A DNA stretch of 64,000 nucleotides from Gordius albopunctatus (Eukaryota): positions 3,224,001 through 3,288,000 of the forward strand of contig OZ193909.1 of NCBI GenBank assembly GCA_964276515.1, given 5' to 3'. The notes beneath the pieces are model-generated. The model saw only the letters and a list, made by a program, of their open reading frames with translations, did not search any database and was not told the origin of the DNA. A program made the translations under genes and the position numbers. This document shows positions 1 to 12,758 of the stretch, piece after piece (position 1 is the stretch's first letter; every line of letters starts with the position of its first letter).

Positions 1-948
1 ATCTAAAAAGGAGTTATGCAACGAAACTCTGTAATAAGTTTCTGGACAAGATGTTTCAATGTTTGAACGAAGAGTTTGTCGTAAGGCTCTCCTAGGAATA
101 GTAATTTTGAAATCATATATATCTCCTAGTGACGAGACATCATTGTAGATTGTTCTAAATTCTTCTTGGGAATTTTCCCGCAAATTTTGAATCTGTATAA
201 ACGCATTTTCGGCTGCATTTATGGCCTGAGAAAGGTCTATATTAATCCTTTGCAAATAATTGCTAAGATTAATAGTGTAAGAGAAAATTTGATTTAGCAT
301 GTACAAAGACAGCCAAAAGTTGGATGTCCTTAATGATGAAAGCAAAATCGCCGCATTGGACGATGATTCTTCATCGTCCCATTCATACATCTCCAAGGTA
401 GCAAATATTGCTTCCTTCGCTTCACAGAATCTTTGAACAGAATTGTGCTTTTGTGTCCATCTAGTTTCACACAGTGATATTAATTTTGTGAATTTAGGGT
501 TATCCGACAATGAAAATACTTTAGAAGTGAAAAGATTAAATCTTTTGGGGGTTGATATAAAATCAGTGATTTTTTTTTGACAAGACTGTATCTTTCTCCT
601 CAGAAATGCAAATGTTACTCTTTTTAGGGAAGTATGTATAAATGGAATATCGCTTCATAATAAGGCGCGGAACTTAAATTTACAAATAAGATCAGTTTGG
701 AAGCTTTTAATCAAAAATACAAATTCCGAAATTCAAAATTTATTAACTTGTCGACTTAATTTTTTAACATATATATATATAAATATAGACGCAGCACTTG
801 ACACTAGTTAAATTAATTATAATCATGATTATCAATAATTTTGTGTTGTCAATAATTTTGTGTTGTGTTTTGAAAAAAATAATATCCAGGAGGAGGGGGG
901 GGGGGGTTCAAACCCGAAAACCCCCCCCCCCTTCCCTACGCGCTTGAA
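1..948 (-). mobile_element. hAT-family (ZMYM1/P52rIPK-like) transposase remnant, running off the left edge
   Basis: Minus-strand translation of ~1-560 gives ...KLISLCETRWTQKHNSVQRFCEAKEAIF...NLSNYLQRINIDLSQAI...IPRRALRQTLRSN...ETYYRVSLHNSFLD, with the hAT 'L-C-x-TRW' motif. A G/C-run terminal segment lies near 890-948. Confidence 0.75.
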
Positions 949-1108
949 GCCTCGGGTACACCATTGGAACTCAGGCTATCCCATATCAACTGCCTTGGCA
1001 CTTTATCGAAAGCTTTCTCAAGATCGATGAAACACATATGAAGTTCTTCATAGATATATTTTCGGGAATTGTCGAGGGTGTTAAGAAATTATTGTAGTAA
1101 ATATAATA

Positions 1109-1135
1109 TTTCGTCCTCATAGAGGACATCGTCAG
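1109..1135 (-). ncRNA. Hammerhead ribozyme-like core, second (mirror) copy
   Basis: Reverse complement of TTTCGTCCTCATAGAGGACATCGTCAG gives the same core as 3366-3392. Confidence 0.55.
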
Positions 1136-1138
1136 ATA

Positions 1139-1210
1139 AGTAAAATAGATTTAAATAAAATAGATTTAAATAAAATAGATTTAAATAAAATAGATTTAAA
1201 TAAAATAAAA
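1139..1210. repeat. 16-bp tandem repeat (TAAAATAGATTTAAA-type) in the Penelope 3' UTR
   Basis: About 4 copies here, about 2 copies in the inverted arm at 3325-3360. Confidence 0.8.
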
Positions 1211-1211
1211 A

Positions 1212-2700
1212 CTAAACAGAATGTTCTTTTGGTAGTGATAAATTAGTGTGTATCCAAGGGTAGAGGGGTACCCTTCCCATATCTTCATTTAAAGTGAGGT
1301 TAAGTCTTCTAATAAAGAAGGACTCTAACGTCTTCCTTTCAAAATATGATTTTGTAAAAAGTAGAATTGATTGTTTGAGTTTTGACGTATGATTTTTCTT
1401 TAAAATGTGGTTAGATACTCCTGTAGGCACCCCCCCGTTGGGGCGAAATAAAGCTGCCAAGTGTTCTTTAAGCCTAACTCTTAAGTCTCTTTTTGTTTCC
1501 CCAATGTAAAACTGGTTGCAATCACTACAACTAATTTTATAGATAACGTTATTTGTCTGTAAATCGGATTCATAGTTATTTTGTAATATTGTTAAGAGTG
1601 ATTCATTAGGTTTTTGTGTGATGATGATGTTATTAATATCATTTCTTTTTAAAAATTTTTTAATGCTTTTTAAAAATATAAATGGTAACGATGGGTGATG
1701 CGGAAAATGTATAAATGTTTTATCATTAATATTTTTTTGCTTATTTTCCGTTAAAAAACATTTTGTTAGAATATTATTGAAAAGTTGATTTGGATATCCA
1801 AGAGAACAGAATGTTTCATATAAATAAACCATTTATTTAATATATGCTGATTGTGAAGAGGATAAATGAATTGCTCGATTAATAAGCCAACGTAAAGTAT
1901 TGACTTTAAAAGTGAAAGGAGTAAAACTATTAAAAGGAATATAGTTCAAACGTGATTCCGTAGGTTTGTGATAAACCTGAGTATGAAAAATATTTTGATT
2001 TCTGGTAATTAAAACGTCCAGAAAAGGCAAACATTGATTCGTTTCAATTTCAAATGTAAATTTTATGTTAATATGAAATGAATTTAATAGATTTAAAAAG
2101 TTATTTAAATCATTTTCTAAGTTTTGATTCCAGAGTGCAAATATGTCGTCAACATATCTACACCAAAAAGGTGGAAAGGAGGGAAGTTTTGATAATTCAT
2201 TTTCTAAATGTGATAAAAATATATTTGCGAGTACAGGGACAATAGGCATCCCCATAGCACAACCATCAATTTGGTCATAATTTATATGATAGAATTTAAA
2301 ATTAATTTTTTGCGTGCAAAATAATAATAATTCTTTAAAAATATTTTCGGAAATGGTAAACTATCATTTTCTTTTTATTTATTTACACAAATATTAATTG
2401 TTTCCATTATGGGAATCTGAGTGAATAAATTTTTTACGTCAAAGCTGATCATATGAATGTTCGAAGATTTTTGTGCCTTAAGACGTGTTATAAAATCAAG
2501 TGAGTTTTTAATTAAATATTTGTTTTTGGAAATCGGTGATAAAAATTTGATTAAAAATTTTGAAAGATTATAATTGTAGGCGTTATATGTCGACATGATT
2601 GGACGAAGAGGAATGTTAGGCTTATGTATTTTTGGGATACCATATAATTGAGGTGTTCTAGGGTTTGAGGATCTAACATAATTGTAATCTTCCTTTGATA
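1212..2700 (-). pseudogene. Penelope RT/GIY-YIG polyprotein, frameshifted and 5'-truncated
   Basis: ORFs 2375-2596, 1833-2255 and 1212-1832 are consecutive pieces of one PLE ORF broken by frameshifts/stops. Confidence 0.85.
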
Positions 2701-2708
2701 AAAGATTT

Positions 2709-3314
2709 TTGCGAAATAGATTGATTAAAATTTTATTAAATCAAATTTTCAATAATATTCTAACAAAATGTTTTTTAACGGAAAATAAGCAAAAAAATAT
2801 TAATGATAAAACATTTATACATTTTCCGCATCACCCATCGTTACCATTTACATTTTTAAAAAGCATTAAAAAATTTTTGAAAAGAAATGATATTAATAAC
2901 ATCATCATCACACAAAAACCTAATGAATCACTCTTAACAATATTACAAAATAACTATGAATCCGATTTACAGACAAATAACGTTATCTATAAAATTACTT
3001 GTAGTGATTGCAACCAGTTTTACATTGGGGAAACAAAAAGAGACTTAAGAGTAAGGCTTAAAGAACACTTGGCAGCTTTATTTCGCCCCAACGGGGTACC
3101 TACAGGAGTATCTAACCACATTTTAAAGGAAAATCATACGTCAAAACTCAAACAATCAATTCTACTTTTTACAAAATCATATTTTGAAAGGAAGACGTTA
3201 GAGTCCTTTATTATTAGAAGACTTAACCCCACTTTAAATGAAGATATGGGAAGGGTACCCCTCAACCCTTGGATACACACTAATTTATCACTACCAAAAG
3301 AACATTCTATTTAG
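2709..3314 (+). CDS. Inverted duplicate of the Penelope C-terminal GIY-YIG endonuclease region (partial ORF)
   Basis: 201-aa ORF nearly identical to the 1212-1832 minus-strand ORF (a few substitutions and one codon indel). Confidence 0.7.
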   Translation: MRNRLIKILLNQIFNNILTKCFLTENKQKNINDKTFIHFPHHPSLPFTFLKSIKKFLKRNDINNIIITQKPNESLLTILQNNYESDLQTNNVIYKITCSDCNQFYIGETKRDLRVRLKEHLAALFRPNGVPTGVSNHILKENHTSKLKQSILLFTKSYFERKTLESFIIRRLNPTLNEDMGRVPLNPWIHTNLSLPKEHSI

Positions 3315-3365
3315 TTTATATTTTATTTTATTTAAATCTATTTTATTTAAATCTATTTTACTTAT

Positions 3366-3392
3366 CTGACGATGTCCTCTATGAGGACGAAA
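3366..3392 (+). ncRNA. Hammerhead ribozyme-like core in the Penelope 3' UTR/pLTR
   Basis: CTGACGA-t-GTCCTC-tat-GAGGAC-GAAA: the CUGANGA and GAAA boxes flank a 6-bp stem II. Stems I and III were not clearly resolved by eye. Confidence 0.55.
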
Positions 3393-5441
3393 TATTATAT
3401 TTACTACAATAATTTCTTAGCACCCTCCACAATTCCCGAAAATATATCTATGAAGAACATTAATTATGAGGATAAAAATCTTCTTACATATGAAGTTCCT
3501 TTTGTTTTTCCTTATATAATTCCATAAGTCTCCTAAGACCATGTATTGCATCTGAAGTTGACTTTCCAGGCATGAACCCAAATTGTCGCTCATCTATTGA
3601 TATTATTTTTCGGAGTCTGGCTTCTATAACTTTTTCCCACACCTTCATCACGTGACTCGTTAACTTTATCCCCCGAATAGTTGTTGCATTCTTGTACGTC
3701 TCTCTTCATTTTATAGATTGGTATAACATACCTTTCCCTCCACTCATCAGGCATCATACCACTTGCAAGTATTTTGTTAAACAGCCTTGCAAGTAGATGT
3801 ACACCTAAAGGTCCTAGCATTTTGAAACCTTCCATAGGTTTATTATCAGGTTCCACCGCTCTACCCATGGTCATATTTTTAAGCACCTGGTCAACCTCTT
3901 CTTTTGTCACTTCTAACTCTGGGTCATATTCATAGTTCATGCTTTAGCAGTGATCCGAAGCCCCTTTTTCATTGTTTGCTAATTCTTTATAGTATTCTTC
4001 CCAACGATCTATGATTTGATGGTACAGACAGAGTTAGAGTGATGCCTTCCTTGCTCTTTATGGTTTTCACGTTTACCACATCCTTTGAGTTCCTTACCTT
4101 GCCTGGTCTTTGCGATTATGTAGATAATTCTTTTCCTTTCTTTACTAGTTAACTTGGCATTCAAATTCTCGTATACCTCTGTTTTAGCCTTGGCTACACA
4201 ACGTTTTACCTCATTTTTAGCTTTCACATATGCCAATAATCGTGTTTCTTCATTTCTGTTGCCTGACCATAATTTGTAAAGCTTTTTTTGAACTTGACCA
4301 GGCGTTGCACGTCTTCATTCTACCACCATGTCTCCTTATCTTTTTTGTTTACCTGGTTTACCTTCTTCTAGAACACATCTCGCTACTGATCGTACCGTGT
4401 TAGCTATGTTATTCCACATATCGTTGGCATTCTGCTGATTATCTATTTCCAGTCTCAATTTTTTTACCATTGTAAATATCTTTCAATTTGTTAGCCGGAA
4501 CCATTTGATTTTCCCATTTAATCTCTTAGGCTTTTGTGTTTTCACCTCGGAGATGGTATAGTCCATCACAATAACTCTATGCTAGGCTGCAATAGCCTCA
4601 CAAGGTATAACCTTATAATCGCGTACATTCTTTAATACTTTTCTTGATATTAGGAGGAAGTCGATCTGCGAAGACCGATTTCCACTTTTGCATGTTATTA
4701 AGTGGTTTACATTCTTTTTGAAGAAGGTATTTTTGATTTCCAAATCAAATACCACGGCTATTTTCAATATTTCGTCGCCTTCATCGTTTCTCGCTGCGTA
4801 TCCAATTCCACCGTGGTACCGTTCAAATCCTTCTCTTGTTTTTACGTGACCACTCATATTCGCTCTAATTATAACTATCTCGACTCTGGATCATTCGCAG
4901 CGTTTCGTCTAATTCTTCCCAAAAGTCCTCCTTTTCTTCATCTGTACTCCCTGTTTGCGGAGCATATCCCAAACCACATTAATCATTTGACCTTCAATGC
5001 ATAGTTCAAACATCATGAATCGCCAACTTTTTCTTTGTACCACAATGACTTAGAGTTTATAGCCTTTACCTATCATCCTTGCTTTTGCGCCTTTCCATCA
5101 TGTTTCCTGTATACACGCTATATCAACCCGTCGCTTGCTGAGGATGTCAGCAACTTCTCGGCATTTTGCATCGTTCCAACATTTAGCGAGCGCACTCTCA
5201 ATCTCGTCTTTAGCAAACTAGTTTTTAGCTACATCCGTTTGCGGAAGATGTAGTGACCCTTGTTGACTTTTCACATGATACCGGCGATTACCATGGGCGT
5301 CGTTTACGGAGAACGCCCTAGCGCTTTCATTGATTTCATTATTCTCAACTTTTATATAGCAATTGGATCAGGGGTGACGCTCGGCTATCCAGACCTGACA
5401 GGCGTGTTGACGATGTGAGATATTTTATATCTTTGAAATAA

Positions 5442-5508
5442 GTGCCGGAGGTGGTATCGAACCGGCAACCTCTTGCTTCAAAGCCTAATCATATACTCAC
5501 TACGCCAA
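5442..5508 (-). other. tRNA-derived sequence (pseudo-tRNA or SINE head)
   Basis: Minus strand has an A-box-like TGGCGTAGTGAG and a B-box GGTTCGATACC with a T-stem. The acceptor and anticodon stems are poor. Confidence 0.4.
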
Positions 5509-6334
5509 AAAATATTATTTTGTCTTCACATTCCCCCTTAATTGGAATCCATGCTGCCGCCCTTTAGAAGAGCTTTTATAATAATGCGAAGCATGAATGC
5601 AATTTCTATCTCTAAAATTTATCATATTATATCGCCTTTGTTGTTGTTACTAATATTCAATTCTTATCCAAAAAATTTCTAGGTGCTGAATAGTTTTCCT
5701 ATATGGGTCGATTAATAGGATTTATAGCAAGAGATTTAAAAGAAAAATTTAAAGCATTTTCGATATTTTTCCCAGTTAGCGCTATTACTATGGGTGCAAT
5801 TGAAAATGGCTTGAAGCTTATGTTAATAAGTTAAATACCTCGCCAATTCAACATTAAGCTAACCTTGAAGTGGTTATTCAAATGTCCGAAAATAATTAAC
5901 CTCTCCCCAATACCTAATGTATAAATAAGTCCTAACATTTACAAAATCACTTACTCTCCTCTTTAGATTTATTAATAATAAACATCTACTCTTGGTATTA
6001 CTTATTTGGATGCGTTTATTAATCAATATAGGTATATAAGTCATTCAGCTGAAGTTAAAAGGCTATTAAATATAAATTAAAATCCAAATTAAACAAACTT
6101 TAACGCAATTTTATTTAAAATAAGAACAGAGTGAAGATTTTGGTTATTTCAACTAAGGGATGTATTTTAAATTAAAACACCAAGTTATTCTTTGATTAAA
6201 ATTGTTTAAGAAGGTTTTTTAGTATTAATATAAACTATATTGAAAGGGAGTGTATTTTAATTTGATAAATTTAGCCATCATAAATGCAATAGCAATGAAC
6301 TAGTAATTATAACGAGAAAGACAATCATTCGTAT

Positions 6335-9300
6335 TTATTGTGAACAGTTAGGGCCTTTTCTGCCCGTAAAACAAATACACTCGTAACCCTCGAAAGTATT
6401 AGGGTAAGGTTTCCCAGATTTCCAAAATTTTTTGTAATTTTCAATTCTGTAATTATCATTGGGTCCGGACATTAATGGTTGCGACTTAAACTCCCTTTTA
6501 ATGCATCTTCCATTACCATTGCAAACTGTTTTGCTGCATTCTATAGAGTTGTAAATTACATTAAATGATTATAAGCGGAATAAATCATATTAATAGCTTA
6601 CTTTTTGCGTAATCTATCATGTTTTTTGTTATCGGGCCAAGAGTTTTGGACAAGTAAGTTGACAATAAACTACAGTTTGATACATCCGAAGACATTCCCC
6701 ACCATATCTACAATACATGTATAGGTAAATTGTTTAGATCGTTTTTGTTTAGGCAAGCCTTTAACGCTTAAAAGCAGTATTTCAATCGCTATATTGCTAC
6801 ATACTCTCATGCAACTGTTATCTCTCTCAAATTTAAAGTCGCTCTAATATTATTTATTCCGATACTACTGGGAAACGTAAAAAGTTCTAATTACTACATA
6901 AAAAGTAGCCTTAAATTTTGTAAAATATTTTGTTGAATTCTAAGGAATACAAGGCTTCAAACAATATGTTTATATTTTCTATTTTAAAAGTGCATCCAGA
7001 ATATGAAGCTTTTTGATCTAATCACACAATTATACACCAATATTAGAACTCAGATAGTACGAATTATATGCTAGTAGTAGGTTTTCTAAAAGGTAGCATA
7101 GCAAACCAAAGGTTGGCCAACCAAAACGCAGCCTTTTTTTAAGACAGGATATGAGAACGATAAATATTAGATTATACCTAATCATATCAAATAAGAAATG
7201 CTGCTTACCAGCCCATTCATTCCAGTGTCGATGGCTTGGCCTAAAGTGTTCTCAAGATCATCAACCGATAAATATGATGGATATTCTTCTTTAGGGTGAT
7301 GATAACGAGCATAAGGGTATATGGGGATAGGACCGTTTGGTCGTTTTTTGGCCAATCTCATGGCTTCGTTCATCACTGCATTTATGTAATGTAATAAAAT
7401 GCCATTTAAGCAAAATTATTTGACACTGGTGCAAAGTTGAATGTTTTTAATATAACATGATGTAGTCATTGTGTGGATTTTTGTATCCGTTATGAATTTA
7501 ATTTAATTATTAATAAGCAAAGCAAACGATTGCATTAAAATGTTTTCAGGTCAATTAAAATCCTTCTGATCAATGATTCATTAGGTGTTTGAATAAGTGT
7601 CATTAACGTTGTACATGTAAATTTTGAACAAAACATGGGCATAGCCAGGATTAATTAAGAAGGGGGCAATAATGCTTTAGGGAGGGGCAAAATGGTAATT
7701 TTTAAAATTTAAGCCATAATTATATTAAATGTTTTTAGACATTTATGAGCTTAGAAAATTGTAGCCGCCCCTATCTGCCATCCCGGCTATGTCTATATGT
7801 GATGTGTTATTAGTGTCTCGATCTCGTCTCGTCTCGGGAGCGATTATGAAAATCTCGATCTCGTCTCGACATAAAAATTCTCGTCTTGATCTCGACATCA
7901 AAATTTTCGTCTCGATCTCTACTCCATTTTTCAAATTTTCGTCTCGTCGCGGTTTTTCGAGACGAGATGAGACCGAGATTTTTCTCGGTTTTTCCGCATC
8001 ACTATGTGTTATACAAGTGAAAGGTTTGCTTTGAAAGTCATAAAAAAACAAGTTGCGTCATTATAAGTTTAATTAATTTCTGCTTCTTTTAATTATATAA
8101 ATTATATGTAGACGTTGATGAAAAATACTTAACATCAAACAGCGTTTAATTGAGAATTACGATATTTTCCAAATTATTTGTTGTTTTTTACTAGTCAATA
8201 TGTAAGTTCCACGCGAATTAGAATCGGGAATAGCGCGAGTGCTTAGGTATATGCTCGGGTATAAAGCCGTACTCGCGTCAAACAACCATTGATTTATGTC
8301 GTTTTTCCTTTGATTCTCCAAATCGCAAAAGTATGAATTGAACCTTCTGTATGATATACAGACGCATTTTTTTATTGATATCCCAATTGGATCTTATAAT
8401 GTTGCTCTATTATATATGTCAAATGGTTTAAAGTGTCAGGCTAATAATAAAATTATTTATTTAAACATGATAAATGCGTTAAAACAAAATTGAGATTTTT
8501 ATTGTAAACATATAGATTTTGTAAAAAGTGATTTGTTGTTTTTATGCAATATTTTCCAGATTTATGAAAAAAAAAAGTTCGGAACAGGTATCCTTCCTTA
8601 TAGTTTATTAATATTAAGCCTTAAATTCCAGGCCCAATCTTATAGTATTTTAACCAAATACGATTAAAACATTGCACATTTCCTATTGGCACGTCAATAA
8701 TATTAAGTAAGATAAATATTTGCGTTTGGCTTGGTACCTGGCACATTTAGGATAACCATAATAACCCCACAAAGCTTTAGGCCTAATTTGGGTGGCAGTA
8801 TTTAACGACCTAGTCATCATATCCCTATGTGCAGCTTCATATTTTATTTGGGCAAAGAGGGTCATTGCTTTGGCGTTTAATTTCGGGTTGGCGCTTCGTA
8901 CCAATTTGAGGGAAGCACTCTAGGCGCAGTATTATTTTGATGAATTATATTTTGAATTTATAATCAAAAAAATCGAGGTGTGATTTATTAAAATAACATA
9001 TTCACCCTAAAATTAATGACCGTTATAACTCTTTCTTGCCTCTAGGACGCTAAGTCCTTACCATATATAATTTAGCATCTTTTAGGCTCAAAGTGAATAA
9101 TATTAAAAAATTTATTCTTTAGAGATTATCTTTAACATTTATCACTTCAAAAAATAATGTGTCTTCGCTGGGAGGAACACCTTTTTAGTGAGAATATAAT
9201 TATTGAAATTTATAATACTTTGTGACAAATAAGATGAAATATGTTACTAACAGCATAGTTTAGGTAGGAGCTATGTTGTATATCTCTCCATAGGGGTAAA

Positions 9301-9913
9301 TTTTCTTCATAATCTATAATGGCGGTGCCCTGTTGACCGAAAAGACATCATTTAAACGTTATTTAATTATATATGAACATGAATGTAGAGTAGTGTTGTA
9401 AAAACCGCTGGGTTTTGTAACTAAAACTAACGGTCACTTCTGGTCTGTTTTCCAAATTTCGACTAAGCCTACGGGTCGAATGTGAAAAATAGACTAAAAA
9501 ACCAAAACCCAGCCGTTTTTACGACACTTAAGTATGGTGTGAATATAATTTTATAATACCTTAAAATTGACGTCGGGAATCCTGTCATTTACGTCCTTAA
9601 TTATCTTACTTATGTGCACATTCATGTCCATATTCTGGGGTACGCCACCATTGATCCACGTGTTGCCAACGATCCTTGGCCACAGCCCTATTTTGGAGAC
9701 ATAAAATAATTCAATTAATTCTCCGGCCCAGGAATGATTTAGGTTCGTCTCAATCCCATATTTGACAACGTCTAAATCTTGACCGAGGAACAGTTTGCAA
9801 ATTTGAGTCGCCGAATTCCAGATAACTCTAAAGGGAACGTCTTCAAACTTTTCTCCGTCGCCCGTAGAGATTGGGACAAGGCATGCTACGAAACATATTA
9901 GATGTAGATACAT
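6335..9913 (-). CDS. HYAL: Secreted hyaluronidase (glycoside hydrolase family 56) with C-terminal EGF-like domain, 7 exons, 415 aa
   Basis: Exons 9913-9560, 9329-9252, 8919-8738, 8346-8192, 7375-7209, 6707-6602 and 6540-6335; all introns GT-AG and phase-consistent. It has a signal peptide, PFRVIWN, NGGVPQ, catalytic AIIDYEE, RPKALWGYYGYPKC, ND..QWLFDASTALYPSIYL, IWWG and CS..VCNGNGRC...CICFTG.KGPNC. Confidence 0.93.
9391..9529. mobile_element. Short MITE (TAGTGTTGTAAAAAC..GCTGGG TIR) in hyaluronidase intron 1; related copy at 34055-34220
   Basis: Terminal inverted repeats and a second copy elsewhere in the window. Confidence 0.65.
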
Positions 9914-10938
9914 TAAGAAGCTAAATTATTTGAGATATAGATAAGGTTATGTTGGCACCATACTTATTTACAATTATTAAGAACTAATTTGCTCAAGGTA
10001 CCATGACAAATTGCCAAATAAATATTTGTCACCAATTTCCATGGCCAATTTTTTGGGGGACACAAAAATATTTTTTGACACTGAATAACTCGTGCGTTTT
10101 TAGATTCTTATATTAATAAGGTTTTCATCAATTCAGTCAATATTTATATTTTTTAATGGAAAAACGATCAGTATACAAGATCAAAAATTTGTTAATCCCA
10201 GAATTTGCATTTAATTAATAAATAGCGTATTAGGCATTGAACCCTACACTTAGCTTGCCTTGCACTGTCTCCAATATATTTTTTTATTAGACTTACATTA
10301 ATCTTAATGAAAGGTTTGGAGGCTATTTAAAAAACATGCAAATTTTTAAAACGAACATTAGTAGGTAAATTTCGGTAATTTATTATCAAATCATTAGAAA
10401 TATTGTAATTAACACCTATTGTTAACTATATTAAATGCCAAAATATTTAAAGCTCGATAAAATATTCATTCTGAAATATTAATAATAATTAACATCTGAT
10501 TTCCATTTTCTTATTTTTTTTAGGAACTTTAAGTTTTTCATATGCATATCGTTACAGGGATGATTTTACACTTCCTAGAGCATATAAAATGTAAATCAAA
10601 TCATCCGTTGACTATAAAAAGTAACAACTAAATAAATAATTTTAAACTTGGTATTTTCAAGAAGGTTATTTCAAGTGCGTGTGAGACTAAATTGACATAA
10701 CCAATTTGTCTTGATTTTTCGCTATTGTTGTAGGGTAATTAATTTCAAAGGCGTTGTAATCGAATATCAAAGATATAGTTTTAAATTTTTGCCAGAAGAG
10801 GGGGGAGATCTAAAATACAATTTATAAAGCAGGTGTTTAAAATTAATAATAGTGGCTTCGTGTATTTTTACTCCTTTATCATATTTTACTGATATACAAA
10901 GGTATAAAAGCATATTAAGTGCTATTTAAATTAAATAA

Positions 10939-12444
10939 TCTATATATATAAAGTAAAGTGTATAAGGGCTAAATTCTAAAACTACCGGCCAGATTCGCGC
11001 GAAACTTTACCCGTAGGTTTCCAGGGCGGCCAGGGGTAAAATAGATTTTTCAGATTCCTAAAATCCTTTTAGTTTTCGAGATATTGGATTTTATACGTTT
11101 TGCGTTTATTAAAATGTCAATCAAACGCAACCTCATCGTGTTCTTTGCAAATTTGAATATATACAGTTCTTTAGTAAAAGTGTATCACTTATAGTATTTT
11201 CTAAAACTTCATCTTTTTTTTACGGAACATTAAATTTATCAATTAAACCTGAAATAAATAAAATTATAGATTATTTGAGAAAATATATAGGTGAAGAAGA
11301 TGAATTTTTCTCATTATCATTAAATGAGATATTTTAAATGAGAAAGATGAAAGTATAGATATAATTTAAATGTAATGAAAAATAATCCAACCTTGATTAT
11401 TGTGAGTAAATGCTATTTATATATAAATGTCATTATTTATATATTATTAATTTTTTACTACAGATTAGTTGCAAATTTTATCACTTATACTCTGGCATGA
11501 AATTATAATTGTCTTATGCAAATCTCATTCTTTAGAAGGATAAAAAAATTTTATAAAAGTTTTACATTTAAAATTAATTTAATTATTTTTTATATTTTAA
11601 CAAATTTGATTTATTATTGCGTTATGTTGTATTCGTACGCGTTGCACTGTATACGGAAATATAACAATAGAAGTAGAACATATAGAATTTTTCTCATTAT
11701 CATTAAATGAGATATTTTAAATGAGAAAGATGAAAGTATATATATAATTTAAACGTAATGAAAAAAATATATATAAAGTAAAGTGTATGTATGTATGTAA
11801 GGGCTAAATTCTGAAACTACTGGCCTGATTCGCGCGAAACTTTACCCGTAGGTTCCCAGGGTGGCCAGGGGTAAATTAGCTTTTTCAGATTCCTAAAATA
11901 CCTTTTCGTTTTAAAAATATCGGAAATTTCCCGACCAGTTTCATTTATAGCATCATATACAATAATGACGTCATGCATACAAGGTTGAAGTTTTCTCGAA
12001 TTAGTTATTTAAAAGTATAATAAAAATGTTACAGTATACGGTCAAAATTATTTGAGTTTGACAAACTATTTAAATTAAATAAATAAAATTTAAATTATAC
12101 AATTTTTGCCATTATTATCACGTGATCGATCATAGAAGCATATTTTTAATAATTATCCATCCTTCAATTAATTAAAACACTTTTGTCACTCAACTGTGCA
12201 TGTTATCGCTAAACATCGCTATCTAATAAGTATTTAAAACTGTTATGAATCTATTTAATTAATCATAAATATGCCTTTTTCTATTAAGTTAATATTCATT
12301 TTCATAATATAAAAAAATATTTTTTCACATCATAAACTCTCTTTCAGCTGACCCAAATTCTTTCATATATTTCCTATTGCTAGGTACCAATTATTTAGCC
12401 AAATAAGTACTAAGCCAAAGCAACGCTTGGCCGGGCACAGCTAG
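10939..12444 (+). mobile_element. Non-autonomous Helitron with an internal duplication of its 5' region
   Basis: Starts TC after A and ends CTAG before T, with a subterminal hairpin GCCAAAGCAACGCTTGGC. The 5' segment ~10940-11070 recurs at ~11770-11900. Confidence 0.8.
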
Positions 12445-12758
12445 TTTTATTATATAGAAGGAAACAAGTTGCATAATATTATTTTATCCTCGTTTATTGT
12501 ATATTTCATGTATCCATTTTACCGAATAAAAGCATTTTAACATTAAAAAAAATTTGAGGCGAATGATAGAGTGCTAGAATATTGACATAGCTACATCGCA
12601 CACCATAACTTCGGTAAGACTAATCCATAGTGTATGTAAATTAGCGATTAAAAGCTGACAACATTTATATACTTAATTTTGACAAAGAATTAGTAAGCAA
12701 GCATTAATAAAAAATTTAGTTATTTATTATCAGCAAAGCATTAGTAAATATCCTTAAA

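Larger units (their letters stand above)
1047..3485 (-). mobile_element. Penelope-like retroelement (RT + GIY-YIG endonuclease), 5'-truncated, with an inverted copy of its 3' end
   Basis: RT motifs: LYGIPKIHK..PLRPI, SFDVKNLFTQIP, GCAMGMP..LANIFL, RYVDD, LPFLDVLI, YHKPT. GIY-YIG-type endonuclease: VIYKISCSDCNQFYIGETKRDLRVRLKEH. 1043-1795 is mirrored at ~2740-3458. A 13-bp direct repeat ACATATGAAGTTC flanks it at 1034-1046 and 3486-3498. Confidence 0.92.
949..5330 (-). mobile_element. Degenerate RTE-clade LINE (APE endonuclease + RT), interrupted by a Penelope insertion at 1047-3485
   Basis: Fragments include NTFFKK..HLIT..SG..SQIDFLL (APE), MPDEWR..VIPIYK..DVQECNNY and RQFGFMPGKSTSDAIHGLRRLMELYKEKQKELHM (3486-3590). 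The frame continues across the insertion as LHMCFIDLEKAFDKVPRQLIWDSL (950-1046). Many stops and frameshifts. Confidence 0.85.

Noticed and set aside
7743..8051. 102-aa and 81-aa ORFs rich in SR/RD dipeptides
   Set aside because: Translations of GTCTC subterminal repeats of a MITE remnant in a hyaluronidase intron.
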